From Macrostomum lignano (taxonomy: Eukaryota), in NCBI GenBank assembly GCA_002269645.1, contig NIVC01000625.1, positions 1 through 64,000 on the forward strand: a stretch of DNA of 64,000 nt. Reading direction: 5' to 3'. Each line of letters begins with the position of its first letter. Within the stretch, counting starts at the first letter, position 1. A program made the position numbers and the translations under genes. Shown here in pieces: positions 61,031 through 64,000 of the stretch. Under the pieces are notes generated by a model, which saw only the letters and a program-made list of their open reading frames with translations, had not been told where the DNA came from and did not search any database.

Positions 61031-63563
61031 ATGTGCAGCCGCCGCACCAGCATGTACTTGAACAGCTCCAGCATGTACCTGAACAGCAGCAGCATGTACT
61101 TGAACAGCACAAGCGTCAACAGCGGCGGCGGCGGCGGCGGCGGCGGCGGTGGCTCAGGCGATGACGGCGACGGCAGCAGCGAATGCGACGGCGGATTCGC
61201 CGTGACGGCCGCAACAGACCGCAACAACTCCATGGCCATCTCCGAGTTCGGCATCGGTAAAGGAAGCTACCAGGCGCCGAAGAAGCCTGAGGTGAGACCG
61301 TCTGCAGCTGGCTTTGAATCTTGAAACTTGGTTCAATGAGTGCCTGCGATCACATCCGTGTGGCTGAGTGCCTGCGATCACATCCGTGTGGCTGAGTGCC
61401 TGCGATCACATCCGTGTGGCTGAGTGCCTGCGATCACATCCGTGTGGCTGAGTGCCTGCGATCACATCCGTGTGGCTGAGTGCCTGCGATCACATCCGTG
61501 TGGCTGAGTGCCTGCGATCACATCCGTGTGGCTGAGTGCCTGCGATCACATCCGTGTGGCTGAGTGCCTGCGATCACATCCGTGTGGCTGAGTGCCTGCG
61601 ATCACATCCGTGTGGCTGAGTGCCTGCGATCACATCCGTGTGGCTGAGTGCCTGCGATCACATCCGTGTGGCTGAGTGCCTGCAATCACATCCGTGTGGC
61701 TGAGTGCCTGCGATCACATCCGTGTGGCTGAGTGCCTGCGATCACATCCGTGTGGCTGAGTGCCTGCGATCACATTCGTGTGGCTGAGTGCCTGCGATCA
61801 CATTCGTGTGGCTGAGTGCCTGCGATCACATCCGTGTGGCTGAGTGCCTGCGATCACATTCGTGTGGCTGAGTGCCTGCGATCACATCCGTGTGGCTGAG
61901 TGCCTGCGATCACATTCGTGTGGCTGAGTGCCTGCCGAATCAACCAAGTGGCGGACGTCGCTGCAGCCGTGCCGTTCCCACCGACAGCCAGTCGAGGCCT
62001 ACGTGCCCGAGGAACTGTCGGCGCCGGCGGAGGAGTTTCGGGAGACGTTCCGACCGGAGACCGGGAGCTTCGTGCAGCTGTGGCTCCGGGTGCGCCGGAT
62101 GAACTACGAGCAGCTGCTGTGGCAGCTGATCAGCACGGGCCGGTTCCAGAGGGAGCAGACCTACGACCCGGAGAACCTGCCCTTCTGGACCATCGGCATG
62201 CGGGTGAAGGTCAGGTCCCAGTTGACCATGGGCCGCGTGATGGCCGCCATCCGCTGCCGTCTGGGCACCAACTGTCCCGGCCTGCGCTTCTGCCTGGACG
62301 GCTTCTTTGGAATGCGAGGCTACTCAGACATCTTCAACAGCGCTGGTGAGCTGAGTAGGAGGGAGCAATAAGGAAATGCAGGAGGGCGCAATGAGGTACT
62401 GCAGGAGGGCGCAATGAGGTACTGCAGGAGGGCGCAATGAGGTACTGCAGGAGGGCGCAATGAGGTACTGCAGGAGGGCGCAATGAGGTACTGCAGGAGG
62501 GCGCAATGAGGTACTGCAGGAGGGGCGCAATGAGGTACTGCAGGAGGGCGCAATGAGGTACTGCAGGGGGGCGCAATGAGGTACTGCAGGAGGGGCGCAA
62601 TGAGGTACTGCAGGAGGGCGCAATGAGGTACTGCAGGGGGGCGCAATGAGGTACTGCAGGAGGGCGCAATGAGGTACTGCAGGAGGGCGCAATGAGGTAC
62701 TGCAGGAGGGCGCAATGAGGTACTGCAGGGGGCGCAATGAGGTACTGCAGGAGGGCGCAATGAGGTACTGCAGGAGGGTGCAATGAGGTACTGCAGGGGG
62801 GCGCAATGAGGTACTGCAGGAGGGCGCAATGAGGTACTGCAGGAGGGCGCAATGAGGTACTGCAGGAGGGCGCAATGAGGTACTGCAGGAGGGCGCAATG
62901 AGGTACTGCAGGAGGGCGCAATGAGGTACTGCAGGAGGGCGCAATGAGGTACTGCAGGAGGGGCGCAATGAGGTACTGCAGGAGGGCGCAATGAGGTACT
63001 GCAGGGGGGCGCAATGAGGTACTGCAGGAGGGGCGCAATGAGGTACTGCAGGGCGCAATGAGGTACTGCAGGAGGGCGCAATGAGGTACTGCAGGAGGGC
63101 GCAATGAGGTACTGCAGGGGGGCGCAATGAGGTACTGCAGGGGGCGCAATGAGGTACTGCAGGAGGGCGCAATGAGGTACTGCAGGAGGGCGCAATGAGG
63201 TACTGCAGGGGGGCGCAATGAGGTACTGCAGGAGGGCGCAATGAGTGCCGTAGGAGGCCGCGCAGTTCGAGTCAGTAAACCCAAAATAACGAATCACCAA
63301 CGCCCCCACGCTCAGACGCGTGCCCCTGGATGGAGATCTCAAACTTCTCCACGGCCATCAGCCTGCGGCTCCAGCATGGCGACAACGTGTTCATCAGCAT
63401 CGCCACGCCAGCGCAAATCGCTGACGTGATTGCCTGGCGCAGGACGCTGGCCATGTCGATGTCGAAGCCGAAGGAGAGGCAGATGTCCGTGAAGGAGGAC
63501 GACAGCTCAATCATTGGCAAGATCGCCTACGACAGTCAGGTGATGCACGAGCTGCTGCTGTGA
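61031..63563 (+). CDS. Orphan three-exon protein with a divergent SUMO-like (ubiquitin-fold) domain; exons 61031(or 61052)-61291, 61967-62345, 63316-63563
   Basis: Phase-consistent GT-AG introns. MRVKVRSQLTMGRVMAAIRCRLG..LRFCLDG...EISNFSTAISLRLQHGDNVFI parallels the SUMO FKVK..T.L.KL...Y..R.G...LRF.FDG.RI....T...L.M...D.I pattern. No terminal di-Gly. Confidence 0.6.
61335..61935. repeat. 28-bp repeat (CATCCGTGTGGCTGAGTGCCTGCGATCA) in intron 1 of the SUMO-like gene
   Basis: About 21 copies. Confidence 0.95.
62385..63246. repeat. 23-bp repeat (GAGGTACTGCAGGAGGGCGCAAT) in intron 2 of the SUMO-like gene
   Basis: About 37 copies. Confidence 0.95.
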
Positions 63564-64000
63564 GCCGCCTGTGCGGTTCTCGCTGCGCCGCTGGTCCATC
63601 TGCACACACGAAGCCTTGGACCGCATTCTCAGTGCATTAATTTTACTCATATACTCGTACCATAATCCGCAGCCACGTCTCTATTGCTTTAACACGCAGT
63701 AAATGAAGCTGATGTCACACTTTAAAGTTTAGCTGTAACATTTACACTAAATGAACGTGCGCTGTGTCTCACTGGCTCGTTTACTCTCATGGAATGATGG
63801 ACAGCTGAAGTAGGGCGCAGCACTTTCTTAGAAATGAGCCGGATGCTGCTAAGGGGAACGCGCATACGTATTTTCCGTATTTGCCTGCGCACTTAGTAGA
63901 TGCTATCGAGAAATCGTATTTTTCTTACGAATCGAATTTCTGCATGAAAACCCCATTCAGCTGACAGAACGAAAGCTCACAGCTCATTTCTAAAAAAATG

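Overview
Eukaryotic (animal) genomic DNA with GC-rich spliced exons and a different minisatellite in almost every intron or spacer. This architecture suggests a free-living flatworm such as Macrostomum (inference from style and gene content only, not proven). Recognisable genes: TMEM19 (one frameshift), DNA ligase III, a CYP2-clan P450, pirin, GNPNAT1, DTD2/ATD, an RDH11-14-like SDR, and two tandem MPP5/Stardust-like p55 MAGUKs. A three-exon orphan carries a divergent SUMO-like domain. Mobile DNA: a decayed mariner, a P-element-like fragment, an RTE LINE 3' end, a CORE-SINE and two MITEs. Most long ORFs in the supplied track are artefacts of tandem repeats. Main result: three small two-exon genes that the ORF track does not assemble encode secreted inhibitor-cystine-knot (conotoxin-like) peptides with identical C-x6-C-x5-CC-x3-C-xn-C spacing. 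Two form a head-to-head pair at 35.0-35.9 kb and the third lies at 57.8-58.5 kb. A fourth gene with the same exon layout encodes a KR-containing peptide precursor at 40 kb. Also notable: GNPNAT1 and DTD2 begin at phase-0 splice acceptors with no start codon of their own, which fits use of the flatworm spliced-leader AUG. A 1.2-kb satellite is built from the last codons of DTD2. All exon calls were made by eye without database searches.
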